A stretch of 64,000 nt of DNA from Octopus vulgaris. Lineage: Eukaryota. Each line of letters begins with the position of its first letter. Position 1 is the first letter of the stretch. The translations under genes and the position numbers were made by a program. Shown one piece after another: positions 1 through 12,109 of this stretch. The stretch is from positions 112,096,001 through 112,160,000 of the forward strand of contig OX597821.1 in the NCBI GenBank assembly GCA_951406725.2, written 5' to 3'. The notes below the pieces were generated by a model that worked only from the letters and a program-made list of their open reading frames with translations, was not told the origin of the DNA and made no database searches.

Positions 1-69
1 GACTATGTTCGAATGGTGCTCTTTACATACCACCAACACGGGTACCAACTATGAATAATAATGATATCA

Positions 70-501
70 AATTTTGGCACAAGGCCAGCAATTTCGGGAG
101 GGGGGAGTAAGTTGATTACATCAACCCCAGAATTTTACTGGTACTTATTTTATCAAAAGCAAAGTTGATTTTGGCAAAAGTTGAACTCAAAGCATCAAAT
201 GGACAAAACTTCGTTAAGCATTTTGTCAGGCATGATAATTCTACCAGTTTGCCTCCATTAATAATAATAATAATAACAATAATAATAATAGTTTCAAATT
301 TTGGCACAAGGGCAGCAATTTCAGGGGAGGGGGTAAGTTGATTATATTGACCCCGGTGTGTAACTGGTATTATCAACCCTGAAAGGATGAAAGGCAAAGT
401 TGACCACAGCGGAATTTGAACTCAGAAGTTAGCAATGGGTGAAATACCTATAAGCATTCCGTCCAGTGTGCTAACAATTTTGCCAGCTTGCCACCTTAAC
501 G

Positions 502-542
<41 letters not shown>

Positions 543-725
543 AATAATAAAAATGATGAAGATGATGATAATAATAATAATGATGATAATAATAATAATG
601 ATGATGATGATAATAATAATGATAATAATAATAATAATCCCTTCTACTGGAAGCACAAGGCTTCAAATTTTTGGGGGAAGGGATTAAGTCAATTACATCG
701 ACCCCAGTGTGTAACTGGCACTTAT
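70..725 (-). mobile_element. Cluster of three SINE-A copies (about 70-256, 290-497, 638-725 partial) embedded in (AAT)n
   Basis: Each copy matches the window's SINE-A consensus on the minus strand: A-box-like tggcagaa, B-box gagttcaaattc, body gactttgcctttcatcctttcggggtcgataaattaagtacc. Copies are separated by AAT/GAT runs. Confidence 0.8.
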
Positions 726-2008
726 GTGGATCTAGACCAAGGGTAGATGAAATGGAGAGGGCACTTGCTCTAGAGGTCAGAGTGATCATGATGTTTGTGA
801 GGTTTTCATGGGTAGCCCTTGGAAGTCTCCTTCTTTTGGGGTCCTGAGCCATCCCCAACGTTTTACATGAACCCTTACTGGTGAATAGAGTAAGGATTAC
901 CAGTGTTATTATTATCATTATCATTATTATGATAAGAACTACAGTCTAAGAATGATACAGTACGGTAGTTCCTGCACTTTGGTCCTTTCCCTTTACGCAT
1001 TGAAATCCCACTCCGACCCCTATAACACCCCACCCCCATCCACCCTGGCCATTCTTCATCATTGATGTCAACTTTGAATTTTATTCCTCTGGAAATTGAG
1101 GAATTAAACACCAATCAGATACTACCAGTTTGATTTAATTAACTACATACCTCCTCCACTCCACTCCCAACAAACCTCGTTTGCTAATTTGTAACCTCAT
1201 ACCAACGCTGCTAATCAATACAATTATAATAACTATGCCGAACGCATACATACATACATACACATAAGTATACACACATACATACACACACACACACATA
1301 TATATATATAGATAGATATATACATACACATTAATACATACAAGCACACATACATATATATATATATATAGATATATATACACACCAATACATACAAGCA
1401 TACATACACATATATACCTGTACACACAAACACGCACACATATACTTATACACACAATTACACACACATATATACACTCCACTACAACAGTCCACAGAAT
1501 CTGGACACAGTAACCGAAGAACGGAATAAATCACAAGACCAATTTCTAGATCTGTATTGAGCACTTATCTTGGACTATGAATGATATAATTAACAAGTGA
1601 AGAAGCATCGTTAATGTCTGTGTGGATGTCATCTGTGATTTAATTCCTTGACGGAACTGCAATCAATAAATCATCGATGGTTATATCGTTAATGTGACAC
1701 CTGTATATGATCTATAGTTTACCTGAGTAATGTTACCAACCAGAACACATCGATACCTGCCAAGTATAAACTCTTGCCAAATATGTGAAGATAATTCAGC
1801 AGAAATTCGACATTATGCTAAGTAAACTATCCCGGCACTTGTTGTGATAAATATTTAAGGGCTGCTATCATCTTGTTAGCTGCTCCCATCTATATTTGGA
1901 TCCCAAATGCCATTATATTTTATTGATTCGTTCCATAAATATCTGAATTCTGCCGTCATTTTATTGGCAGCTCCTGTACGTATCTGTGTAGCATCTCAGT
2001 ATATCATT

Positions 2009-2098
2009 TATTAGCTGCTTCCATACTTGAGTCAATATATCATTAGCTGCTTCCATACTTGAGCCGATATGTCATTAGCTACTTCCATACTTCAGCCA
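2009..2098. repeat. 32-bp minisatellite, about 2.8 copies
   Basis: ttagctgcttccatacttgagtcaatatatca recurs at 2011, 2043 and 2075, with a degenerate echo at about 1876. Confidence 0.85.
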
Positions 2099-2139
2099 TG
2101 TTAAAATGATGAAGTACGATGATTAAGCATTTTAAAAAA

Positions 2140-2430
2140 TTTTTACCTTTCACTTGCTTCAGTCTATGGACTGTGGCCACGCTGGAGCAAACCTCGAAGT
2201 GTTTAGTCGAACAAATCAACCCAGATTTTTATTTTTAAGCCTGGTACTTAGTCTGCTGATCACCTTTTATTTACAGGGATGTAAACAAACCAACACCAGT
2301 TGTCAGGTGGTGGTAAGGGACAAACACAAACACATACATAGATACCACACACACGACAAGCTTCTTTTAGTTTCCACAAACCAAATCTATTCACAAGGCT
2401 TTGTTCAGCCCAGGGCTATAGTGGAAGACA
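2140..2430 (-). mobile_element. SINE-B copy (degenerate, 5' truncated)
   Basis: Reverse complement of the SINE-B motifs gctccagcatggccgcagtc and gccttgtgagtggatttgg. Confidence 0.75.
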
Positions 2431-2439
2431 ATAGTTATA

Positions 2440-2585
2440 GCCAAGTGCTGAATGTCCCTGAGAATTACATAAAAGGTGTGCGAATCTGTGGAGCGCTCAG
2501 CCACTTGCATATTAATTTCACGGGCAAGCTGTTCTGCTGATCATATCAGTTGGGACCCTCATCGTCATAACTGACAGAGTGCTCC
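2440..2585 (+). mobile_element. SINE-G 3' fragment
   Basis: ctgtggagcgctcagccacttgcatattaatttcacgggcaagctgtt matches the 3' part of the full copy at 6778-7153. Confidence 0.75.
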
Positions 2586-2589
2586 TAGA

Positions 2590-2625
<36 letters not shown>

Positions 2626-2626
<1 letters not shown>

Positions 2627-2750
2627 GCGCAGGGGTGGCTGTGTGGTAAGTAGCTTGCTAACATCTTGGGCAAGTGTCTTCTGCTATAGCCTCGGACCGA
2701 CCAAAGCCTTGTGAGTGGATTTGGTAGACGGAAACTGAAAGAAGCCCATC

Positions 2751-2798
<48 letters not shown>

Positions 2799-3016
2799 GT
2801 GTGTGTTTGTCCCTCTAGCATTGCTTGACAACTGATGTTGGTGTGTTTACATCCCTGTCACTTAGCGGTTCGGCAAAAGAGACCGATAGAATAAGTACTG
2901 GGCTTACAAAGAATGGGCTTACAAAGAATAAGTCCTGGGGTCGATTTGCTCGACTAAAGGCAGTGCTCCAGCATGGCCGCAGTCATATGACTGAAACAAG
3001 TAAAAGAGTAAAAGAG
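2626..3016 (+). mobile_element. SINE-B (tRNA-like head, CORE-like cttgggcaag, internal TA/TG microsatellite, taaaagag tail)
   Basis: ggcgcaggggtggctgtgtggtaag...cttgggcaagtgtctt...gaaacaagtaaaagagtaaaagag. Carries an internal 15-bp duplication gggcttacaaagaat. Confidence 0.85.
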
Positions 3017-3372
3017 TATACACACACACACACAGATACGTATATATATATATGTATGTTTGTGTGTGTGTATGCATGTATGTGTGTGTGTGGATGTATA
3101 TAGCACTCCCACCCATACATATATATTCATACATACTGTTCTGTGGAAATAAAGATAACAAAGAAGAAGAAACAAAACAAAGCAAAAAAAAAAAGCAACA
3201 CCAACCGCACTCCCTCTGTAACTGCCAGCTTTAAATAAAAGATGACTTGCAACAATGGAAATGCTTTTCTGAAAAACACTGCAAAGTGTTGGTTAATCTG
3301 TCCCTCTTGGGGTTATATGTGTATGTGTGTGCGTGTGCATACATACACATACATTGATGCATATATATACAT

Positions 3373-3640
<268 letters not shown>

Positions 3641-4360
3641 TTTGTCTAATGAGTGAGGGAGACGGGAATGTTTATTTTGTTGTTGTTGTAATGGCTTTTA
3701 TTTGCCTAATGACTGTGTGTGTGTGTGTGTGTGGTAGGAACGTCGTTATCTGATGACTATGTGTGTGCATGCATGTGTGTACATGTGTGTGTGTGTGTCC
3801 ATATGTGTGTGTGTATGAGTATACAAACAGGTGTGGAATGTGTATGTTTGTGTGTATGCTAATACAAGAAAACTGTTTTGATGTAAAACAAATCCTTTTT
3901 TGGTAGCACCAGAAACCAAAATGTTTGGTTAGACTTATAAAAAAAAAAACAACAAAAAAACTCCTTAACGAACATGAATATGAGTAAAGACTCATTTACG
4001 ATGTTAATAATTTATCAGAATTTACTTCATTATTAGTGTCATTGCCCTCCTCCTCCTCCTCATCATCATCATCACCATCACCATCATCAATATCAACATC
4101 ATGGTTTCGCTCCACAAATGAAAGGGGGTCATCCACTTCACTATAATTGCAAGCTTTTAAGGCAGCAAGCTGGGAGAATCGTTCGCACACTGCATAAAAT
4201 GCTTACGACTGACCTCACACACTTCTCGTGAAGAATTCCAGAAGGAGCTTCGTGAGACCATTGCTGAAACGCTTCCAAAAAGAAAACCCCCCCCCAAAAA
4301 ACCAAACAAAGAAAAGCCGTTGGAAAACCCATTATAGCAGTGACTCCATCAATTCCTAGG

Positions 4361-4399
4361 GATATCTGAAGAAGGAATTTTATTCCGCAATATCATATC
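4361..4399 (+). ncRNA. Degenerate minimal type I hammerhead fold (A13 to C)
   Basis: gatat-CTGAAGA-a-ggaat/ttt/attcc-GCAA-ta-TC-atatc. Stems I and II are perfect 5-bp stems, but GAAA reads GCAA. Confidence 0.55.
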
Positions 4400-4499
4400 A
4401 GACTATGGATGACTAAACTACACCAGTTATCAATAGTCCACTATTGTTATTACAGTGCATTGTTGTGTCATACAAAATATTTTATTCTTTACAAATATA

Positions 4500-4595
4500 G
4501 TAAGAATTTTATAAACATCGAATGGGTAGGAGGGGGGGTCCATAAAAAAGGAAACAAAGGGGGCCCATAGCTAAAAAGGTGGTTGAAGAACATTG
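4500..4595 (-). mobile_element. hAT-like MITE family F, 5' fragment
   Basis: Reverse complement of the F motifs ttcaaccacc...ctatgggccccc...ccattcgatgttta. Confidence 0.55.
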
Positions 4596-4609
4596 TCTTA
4601 GACAATAAG

Positions 4610-5110
4610 TAATGTGGCAGGCACCAAAAGAATTTGGTGTCCTTTGCTTTTATCCTAAGCGTTCCTGTCCCAAGAGTCAATACAACATGATAGAGCAGAA
4701 AAAACTTCCATATTTAACACAGCTATTCGTGCAGCATTAGTGAAGTTAGATGGGCGATAATGGTGTCTTTATATTAGCTTAAATTTTTCCATTTTGTTTT
4801 CTGTTGCCATTATAGTTTGGACTGGTTCACAACTGGAGGTTATAGTAGATCTTTGACAATGATCAATGTGACAAGCACCAAAAGATTTAGTTTCTCTCTG
4901 TGCGTCACAGCAGCCTGTAGTACAGGATGAGGCACAAAAACCTCCCATATTTTATACAGCTATTGTTGTGGCGATAGCAAAGTTAAGCAGATGGCAATGA
5001 TGTATATATGTAGTCAATGACTTACCATTTTCTTTCCAGTGACAATTATGGTTTGGATTAGTGGAAAATAGTAATTCCTGGCAGACTTCTGACGAGCACC
5101 GCAAGATATG
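4610..5110. repeat. Diverged tandem duplication of an about 250-bp unit (two copies plus the start of a third)
   Basis: aatgtggcaggcaccaaaag (4611), aatgtgacaagcaccaaaag (4866), gacgagcaccgcaag (5091). Colinear shared blocks: ccatattt..acagctatt, ccattttg/ccattttc, attat.gtttgga. Confidence 0.7.
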
Positions 5111-6083
5111 GGCTCTGTCTGGTACAGCAATCAGTGAAAAAGGCCTTGCACTTAGGGGGAAAATGAGGGACAGTCATGGCTAGATTTGCTCAATCAAGGC
5201 TGACCCAGGAAGGTGGGGGGTTAAACAAACACCAATAAAAGTGTCATAAAAATATTCATAGGAGACAAAAAATAAGATGTAATAAAAAAACAAGAAAAAA
5301 CCCTCAATCATTTACATAGGCAACATAAAAGAGATTTGATGTGTATTGATCTGAAAGAAATCAATGATATGATGCTAATGTAGAGTGATGGTAGAACCCC
5401 AACCCCGGCAATTTTTTTTTCGCAGTGGACAGAATTTAAAAGTAAACAGTAACAAATACTATACGTGGTGGCTATTTACAGCTAAGTAAGTTTGAAACTG
5501 TCAAAAAGTCAAGTCAATGGACATAGTGCATTGATAGGCCTATTGACGGTTCAGTTGTTAATTTTGACATCCCGTCAATTTAATCCTCATCTCTAGCTCT
5601 CTCACGCCCAAGAATGTATTACTGATTCTTACCTGATCAATTTTGTTAAGTCTTAAAACCAAACTGATTGAATGGCCAACCCACCAGAATGGATTGAACT
5701 TTCAAACTTGAGGCATTGAACTGTACACTAGTGATAAAATATTGCAATTTGATTATTAGATTCTGTTTTCTTGCCCATAAAAAAATGAAGTCTTAAAATT
5801 TCACTGTTTTTAAACGTTATGGTAAGCTTTCACAATCTGGAAGAGAAGGGCAGTAGGCAACTGTTAGCTATGGGTGTCAACTACCTACTGGACATTTTGT
5901 ATGCTCAGCCAAATGCTTCCCGGCGAGTTCATGTCCAAACAAGCAGAAGCAGGTTTTGCATTACAAAACACAACCAGGGATATATATGGGTTAACTACAT
6001 TGCAGGTGCAATGCAGTGTTGTTGCAAGACATTGCCTATTGTAATAAAGAGAGTATTTGATAGTTCAGGCAATCTATCTAAAT

Positions 6084-6340
6084 TAGTGGTTCTTAACCAT
6101 TTTTTTTTTAATCTATGGACCCCTTTTATTCTTATTTTACTTGCAAGAACTCCCATAATCAGTCAATGTTTAAAAACTCTATGTTTCTGTAATTAAATAA
6201 TATAAGGAATTGTATAAAAAAACCCTTAAAATATTTTGCCTTTTCCAGAAGTAAACCCAGTGTATTCCACATATATTTTAACAGCAAAATCTTATAAGGA
6301 CCTCTGCAAGGGTCATAAGGACCCTGGCTGAGAAAACTTC
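6084..6340 (+). mobile_element. hAT (Charlie-like) MITE family F
   Basis: Degenerate TIRs tagtggttcttaacc and ggctgagaaaact. Flanks atctaaat/ttctagat resemble the NTCTAGAN Charlie target. Confidence 0.65.
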
Positions 6341-6777
6341 TAGATAAATAGACAGATAGATAAACAGCTATACAACTAGATATGTGCATTTATAAAGAGA
6401 TGAAAATAAATATAGAAAGAGGAAAGATAGATTTCTTTATTGGCCACGCAGGGCTGAACACAGAAGGGACAAAATACAAAGTAGAGCTTTCCTTTTGGGA
6501 AGAAGTGGAGGAAAAAAAAATGTGGGTTGAATTCCGATCAAAAGGGATCGTGAAGAAAAAAAAGAGACAAGCAGAAAGATAGATAGATCAATAGAGAGAA
6601 TAATAAACGGCAGTCAAGTGTATATTTGATGCATGATTCATAATTTCTTTGTGATAGCTGCTTCATTAAAGCAATTTTGATGATGATGTCATTTTTTTAG
6701 AACAATGAATAATATTCCCTTATCTTTTGATAACATTTTCCCCTCTCTATATAATTCTATATATATCATCATCATTG

Positions 6778-7153
6778 GTGGAGGCGCAATGGCCCAGTAG
6801 TTAGGGCACGTCCGTGGTCATAGGATCGTGGTTTCGATTCCCAGACCGGGCGTTGTGAGTGTTTATTGGACGAAAACCCCAAAGCTCCACGAGGCTCCGG
6901 CAGGGGATGGTGGTGATCCCTGCTGGATCTTTCACCACAACTTTCTCTCACTCTTACTTCCTGTTTCTGTTGTACCTGTATTTCAAAGGGCCGGCCATGT
7001 CACTCTGTGTCACGCTGAGTATCCCTGAGAACTACGTTAAGGGTACACGTGTCTGTGGAGTGCTCAGCCACTTACACGTTAATTTCACGAGCAGGCTGTT
7101 CCGTTGATTCGGATCAACCGGAACCCTATGTCGTAACCGACGGAGTGCTTCCA
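6778..7153 (+). mobile_element. SINE-G, near full-length tRNA-derived SINE
   Basis: Head gtggaggcgcaatggcccagtagttagggc...ggtttcgattccc has A- and B-boxes. Fragments recur at 2440, 8071 and 32480. Confidence 0.8.
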
Positions 7154-7170
7154 TATGTGTATATATTATT

Positions 7171-7283
7171 AAAAAGGAGCAAAAATACCACAGAAAATGT
7201 CATTCAGAGTTTCACTTTCTCATTCGTCAGATGGGAATGTGAAACTCTGAGTAACAGTTTTCGTGATATATTTGCTGCTTTTT
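7171..7283. repeat. Fold-back inverted repeat (about 53-bp arms, 7-nt loop) at the start of a Penelope-like terminal fragment
   Basis: 7171-7223 is an imperfect reverse complement of 7231-7283. The right arm continues into sequence homologous to 10085-10210. Confidence 0.8.
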
Positions 7284-7463
7284 TCTCAAGCATATTACTC
7301 TACCTCTGGTATTTGAGTACTATTTTTCCCACCTTGTTTCACATTTATGTGCTTATTCTGGTATATATATATATAGTTAATCTAAACATGAAAACACAAC
7401 AATGCGAGGACGTGGAACAAATATAGTATTATTGGATGCTCAGGAAGGAAGGAAAGAAGGAGG

Positions 7464-7498
7464 GTTTAACGTTTCAAGCGGAGCTCTTCGTCAGAAAC
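7464..7498 (-). ncRNA. Minimal type I hammerhead ribozyme, intact core (Penelope pLTR type)
   Basis: Minus strand reads gttt-CTGACGA-a-gagc/tcc/gctt-GAAA-cg-TT-aaac, with palindromic AACGTT stem III and a GUU cleavage triplet. Confidence 0.75.
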
Positions 7499-7644
7499 AT
7501 AGGAAAAGGAAATATCCAAAGAAGGGAAGACGGAGGAAAAAAATCGCCAACGGTACACACCCGGGATAATAAAATGAATAGTTTACACCTGGTAGCTTAC
7601 TGGTAAAGCACGGTCACTTTCAGAGTGATCGTTAGATAAATAAC

Positions 7645-7720
7645 AAATGAAATACAGAAGATGGAATATATGAGAATATATTAATATATTCTTGTATATT
7701 CCATCTTCTGTCTTTCATTT
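7645..7720. repeat. Near-perfect 76-bp palindrome (38-bp arms, 3 mismatches, no spacer)
   Basis: aaatgaaatacagaagatggaatatatgagaatatatt | aatatattcttgtatattccatcttctgtctttcattt. Confidence 0.9.
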
Positions 7721-7793
7721 ATATGTATATATATATATATATCATCATCATCATTTACGTCCGTTTTCCATGCTAGCATGGGTAATATATATA

Positions 7794-7945
7794 TTACCAT
7801 TATACAATAGTCAAGATAAAACTCTGAGTTTCAGATGCCGAAGTGGAAAAACCACAACACCATATCTTCGGTTATCTGGCCATTGTGGTTTTCCACTTCG
7901 GCATCTGAAACTCAGAGTTTTATCTTGACTATTGTATAATGGTAA
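7794..7945. repeat. Near-perfect inverted repeat (about 63-bp arms, 25-nt spacer)
   Basis: 7794-7857 and 7883-7945 differ only by one nucleotide in a homopolymer run. Confidence 0.9.
7814..7877 (-). ncRNA. Type I hammerhead-like fold with U4 to C core change
   Basis: Minus strand: agataa-CCGAAGA-tat-ggtgttg...cggcatc-t-GAAA-ctcagag-TT-ttatct. Stem I is 6 bp and stem III is near-palindromic. Confidence 0.55.
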
Positions 7946-8025
7946 CATATTAATTTACAGATAAATCTCCTCTATTTACATAATATTGAGGTCTCTTTCT
8001 TTCTTTTGTTATCTTACCGTTTTTA

Positions 8026-8070
<45 letters not shown>

Positions 8071-8072
<2 letters not shown>

Positions 8073-8185
8073 TGGAAGCACAGTGGCCCAGTGGTTAGGG
8101 CAGTGAAACTCATGGTCATAGGATCGCAGTTTCGATTTCCATACTGTGCGTGGTGTTTATTGAGCGAAAATGCTTAAAGCTCCTA
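8071..8185 (+). mobile_element. SINE-G 5' fragment
   Basis: ggtggaagcacagtggcccagtggttagggcag...tttcgatttcc...gtgtttattgagcgaaaa. Confidence 0.7.
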
Positions 8186-8940
8186 CTCGTAACATATGCA
8201 TATGCACACACGTTTGTTACTCGAGACACCGTTTGTTATCTGAGATGTTTTATAAACTGGCTTATTTATGATGAGAGGTTTTCTTAAAACTGAGGTTCCA
8301 CCGTGTAAACAATACTGTAATAAAATAAAGAATTATGAGAAATCTATATTTCATTACAAAGAAAAACTGATTAAGAATTACGTATGATTTAAACACAAAA
8401 GTAATTTTTGAACCAGCTTGTCTTAGATAGACATCAATAAAGATTGCGAAACAAGAAAGAAAGAAAAGACAAAACAAAGTAAGAAAGAGAGATGAACAAA
8501 GTGATTAAGGAAATAATATCACCTTGATTGAAACGACCAGAGCTAAGAAAATTAACTAAACAATCCTCTGATAAGGACAATCATTAATTAATCTATCTGA
8601 GGTAAAAGTGTGAAATGTCAGTCACTGAATCATGTATATCTTAATAATTAAAGATAACGATTATACTTAAGCTATGATAGCGGAGTACTACTGTTGAATA
8701 TGAAGTTAGTTATACTAACGAAGGGAGTGGTAATTGTATTAATCCATCAATGCAAAGCTTACTAATGAAATACTAATGAGTGTTACTTAGCCAAATATTA
8801 ATTTGATAAACTTATATAAGGAAAAAGTATATATATATATATATATACATATATACACACACAATTTTCCGTATGTAAGTTTATTGAAGTGGTGTGCAGC
8901 TTTTACACATTAAGACAGGCTGTAGCCAAACCACATGATA

Positions 8941-9323
8941 CCTGTTTCTTTACTACCCACAAGGGGCTAAACACAGAGGGGACAAACAAGGACAGACAAA
9001 AGGATTAAGTCGATTACATCGACCCCAGTGCTTAACTGGTAATTAATTCATCGACCTCGAAAGGATGAAAGGCAAAGTCGACCTCAGTGGAATTTGAACT
9101 CAGAACATAGCGGCAGACGAAATACCTATTTCTTTACTACCCACAAGGGGCTAAACACAGAGGGGATAAACAAGGACAGACAAACGGATTAAGTCGATTA
9201 CATCGACACCGAAAGGATGAAAGGCAAAGTCGACCTCGGCGGAATTTGAACTCAGAACATAACGACAGACGAAATACGGCTATGCATTTCACCTGACGTG
9301 CTAACGTTTCTACCAGCTCGCCA
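8941..9323 (-). mobile_element. SINE-A head-to-tail dimer with a single TSD
   Basis: A head-bearing unit is joined to a 5'-truncated unit at gaaatacctatttc (9119-9132). TSD ccaaaccacatgata (8926-8940) / ccaaatcatatgata (9324-9338). Confidence 0.85.
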
Positions 9324-9583
9324 CCAAATCATATGATATCTTCCATGAAATGGTTTAGCTACAACCTGTCTGTTTCCTTGCGTTCCTTTATGACAAGTTA
9401 TAGCAATAAACTAATTAAGATAAGTTGACTGCTTGAAATAAGAGGGTTCTTTTGACCTCTTTGCTCCCAAAATGCCTATTATATTTCTCGGCTTTCTCTA
9501 TAAATTTGAACGTTCTTTTCTGAAATATCACTTATTCATAATGGTATTTGTAGCATTGATCATCTGTTATACCTGTTAAAAAT

Positions 9584-9663
9584 TTTACCTGAAGATGGGA
9601 TTATATGCTATGATGTAATCTATGAATAATCAATAAAATCCTACTGAAACAGCTGTAGTAAAT
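9584..9663 (+). ncRNA. Type I hammerhead-like fold with long stem II insertion
   Basis: tttac-CTGAAGA-tgggatt...aatccta-ct-GAAA-cagctg-TA-gtaaa, with palindromic ACAGCTGT stem III and a GUA triplet. Confidence 0.6.
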
Positions 9664-10074
9664 TTTAAACCCCACTTGAATTCTTCTTTTTATACCGATG
9701 CTGTACCTGGTACCAACCCTGAGTGAGTTTAAATTGGATTTCGTGTTTACACATATACATACCTGCAGTATCCTACCAACACAAAATACCGTCTGAGTTG
9801 TTTTACGTAACTGTAAACCTTAGCCATTGTACCTAGCCATTTCTGGCACCCTACAAGTTGATATGCCTAGATTCTATTGAATCCTGTTACAAATCAATAT
9901 TTGTGTGTATATATATATATATATATACATACACACACACACATATATACATATATACACATATATATATATATTTAGATACAAACATATATACATATAT
10001 ATATACACACATATACATACATACATATGCATATATATGTATATACATACATGCACACATATACATATATCACA

Positions 10075-10210
10075 ACAGATTGATGAATGGGAACATGAAA
10101 CTCTGAGTAAAACTTCTGTAGTAATTTTGCAGCTTTAATAAAAAGTGTAGTACTCTTCCTTTGGTATTTGAGTACTATTTTTGTTACCTTATCTTGCACC
10201 TATGTGCTCA
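10075..10210 (+). mobile_element. Penelope-like terminal fragment with degenerate hammerhead (TTGATGA core)
   Basis: acaga-TTGATGA-atg/ggaa/cat-GAAA-ctctgag-TA, then aataaa and ggtatttgagtactattttt, which is shared with 7231-7365. Confidence 0.5.
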
Positions 10211-10264
10211 CCGGCATGTATGTATAAATATATATATATATATAAATAAATATATACATATAGG

Positions 10265-10485
10265 TGTGTTGTGTCCATGTCTGTCCCCAATCACTGCTCC
10301 ACAACCAGTGTTGTTTTGTTTACGTCCCTGTAACTGACCAGTTCAGCAAAATGATGCTGATAGAATACGTAGCAGGTTTTTAAAAAATACAAAATAAGTA
10401 CAGGCACTGATTCGTTCGAATAAAAATTTCTCGAAGGCGATGTCCCAGCATTGCTGCAGTCAAATGACAGAAACAAATAAAAGAT
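10265..10485 (+). mobile_element. SINE-B 3' half
   Basis: gtttacgtccctgtaact...cccagcattgctgcagtcaaatgacagaaacaaataaaag. Confidence 0.7.
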
Positions 10486-10889
10486 AGAACACACACACAC
10501 ACACACACAAAATAAAAGCAACAACATGACAGTTGGAAGGAGGTGTTTGGTGAATAATGGTATAATGTATTTTAGAGTCAGAGACTGGAGAGGAAAGTTA
10601 TGATGTTCCACCCAAAAGTCTGGAGAAAATTGCATTAGTTCTAGAGTAAAAATTATGGTAACTAGATTACGTGGAAACAAATTTAGTTTAGGTCTTCAAT
10701 TCCTGATGAGGTTTTTAAAGGTTTGGAGCAAAGGTAACAGTCGATAACGAAAAAAAGAAAGAAAATGAATGCTTAACAATAATAATAATAACGATAATAA
10801 TAATAATAATGATAAACAGGAAAAGGATAACTTGAATGAATAAGCTAAAAGGGATGTAGGGGTGTTTTATCTTCTTAGCTACAAGCACA

Positions 10890-10951
10890 TCTACGTATGC
10901 ATATGTATATATATATATATATATATGCATGTATGTATGTATGTATATATG

Positions 10952-10987
<36 letters not shown>

Positions 10988-11202
10988 TGTGTACGTATAT
11001 ATGTATATATATATATATATAAATATATATATATATGTATGTATGTAATAAACACACACACCAAAATAGATGCAAATGCTTGCATATGGGCATGTATGTG
11101 TGTGTGTGTGTGTATATATATATATGTATACATACACAGACACACGCATATATATATACATACATACATGGACACATAAATTCAAGTCACAATACATATA
11201 TG

Positions 11203-11234
<32 letters not shown>

Positions 11235-11838
11235 TACATATATATACACACACATATATATATATATGCATAAATATATAAACATATACATACACATGTA
11301 TATATATATATATATATTCATACACATACACATGCATATATATACATATATATGCATGTATGTATATACATACGCATGCACACATGCACGCAGCATATAT
11401 TGCAGTCAGGCAATAGGGAGAGGGGGGTGCAGTTGAGATATATTAAATACCCTAGGGGTACAAGATGTGTGCAGTTAAGTGTATATATGATACAGGAGTC
11501 ACTGAGTATAGAAACAAACAGACATCGAGAAATATGTAGGGTGGGTGTGGCATGGGGTGCGTGAGTTAAAATGTTGGTGTGGGTGTATATGTGTGCATGA
11601 AGGAATAGACAGATATTGTATCTACACAGACAAATGTATGCACACCTATGTGCATGTGTATATGCATATTGAGAACATAAACAATGGTATGAAAATCTGA
11701 GTGTAGATATGTATGTATATATGTATGTGTACATACATATATACAAATGCACACACACACACACATATATATGTATATATATGTATATACATATATATAT
11801 GTATATATATATGTATATATGTATATACATATATATAC

Positions 11839-11883
<45 letters not shown>

Positions 11884-11952
11884 TATATATGTATATACAT
11901 ATATATATACATATATATATACATATATATATACATATATATATATATATAG

Positions 11953-11996
<44 letters not shown>

Positions 11997-11997
11997 C

Positions 11998-12033
<36 letters not shown>

Positions 12034-12074
12034 CATACATATATACACATATATATATATACATATATGTGTGC

Positions 12075-12109
<35 letters not shown>

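Noticed and set aside
2009-2098. CRISPR-like 32-bp repeats
   Set aside because: Contiguous tandem units without spacers, eukaryotic context, no cas genes.
5819-6196. 125-aa ORF
   Set aside because: No recognisable motif, and its 3' part runs into a MITE.
6778-6850. tRNA-like sequence
   Set aside because: SINE head continuing into a repeated body; the cloverleaf is disrupted, so it is not a tRNA gene.
8565-8622. CTGATAA...GAAATGTC possible hammerhead
   Set aside because: Stem I is only 2 bp and stem II is unconvincing.
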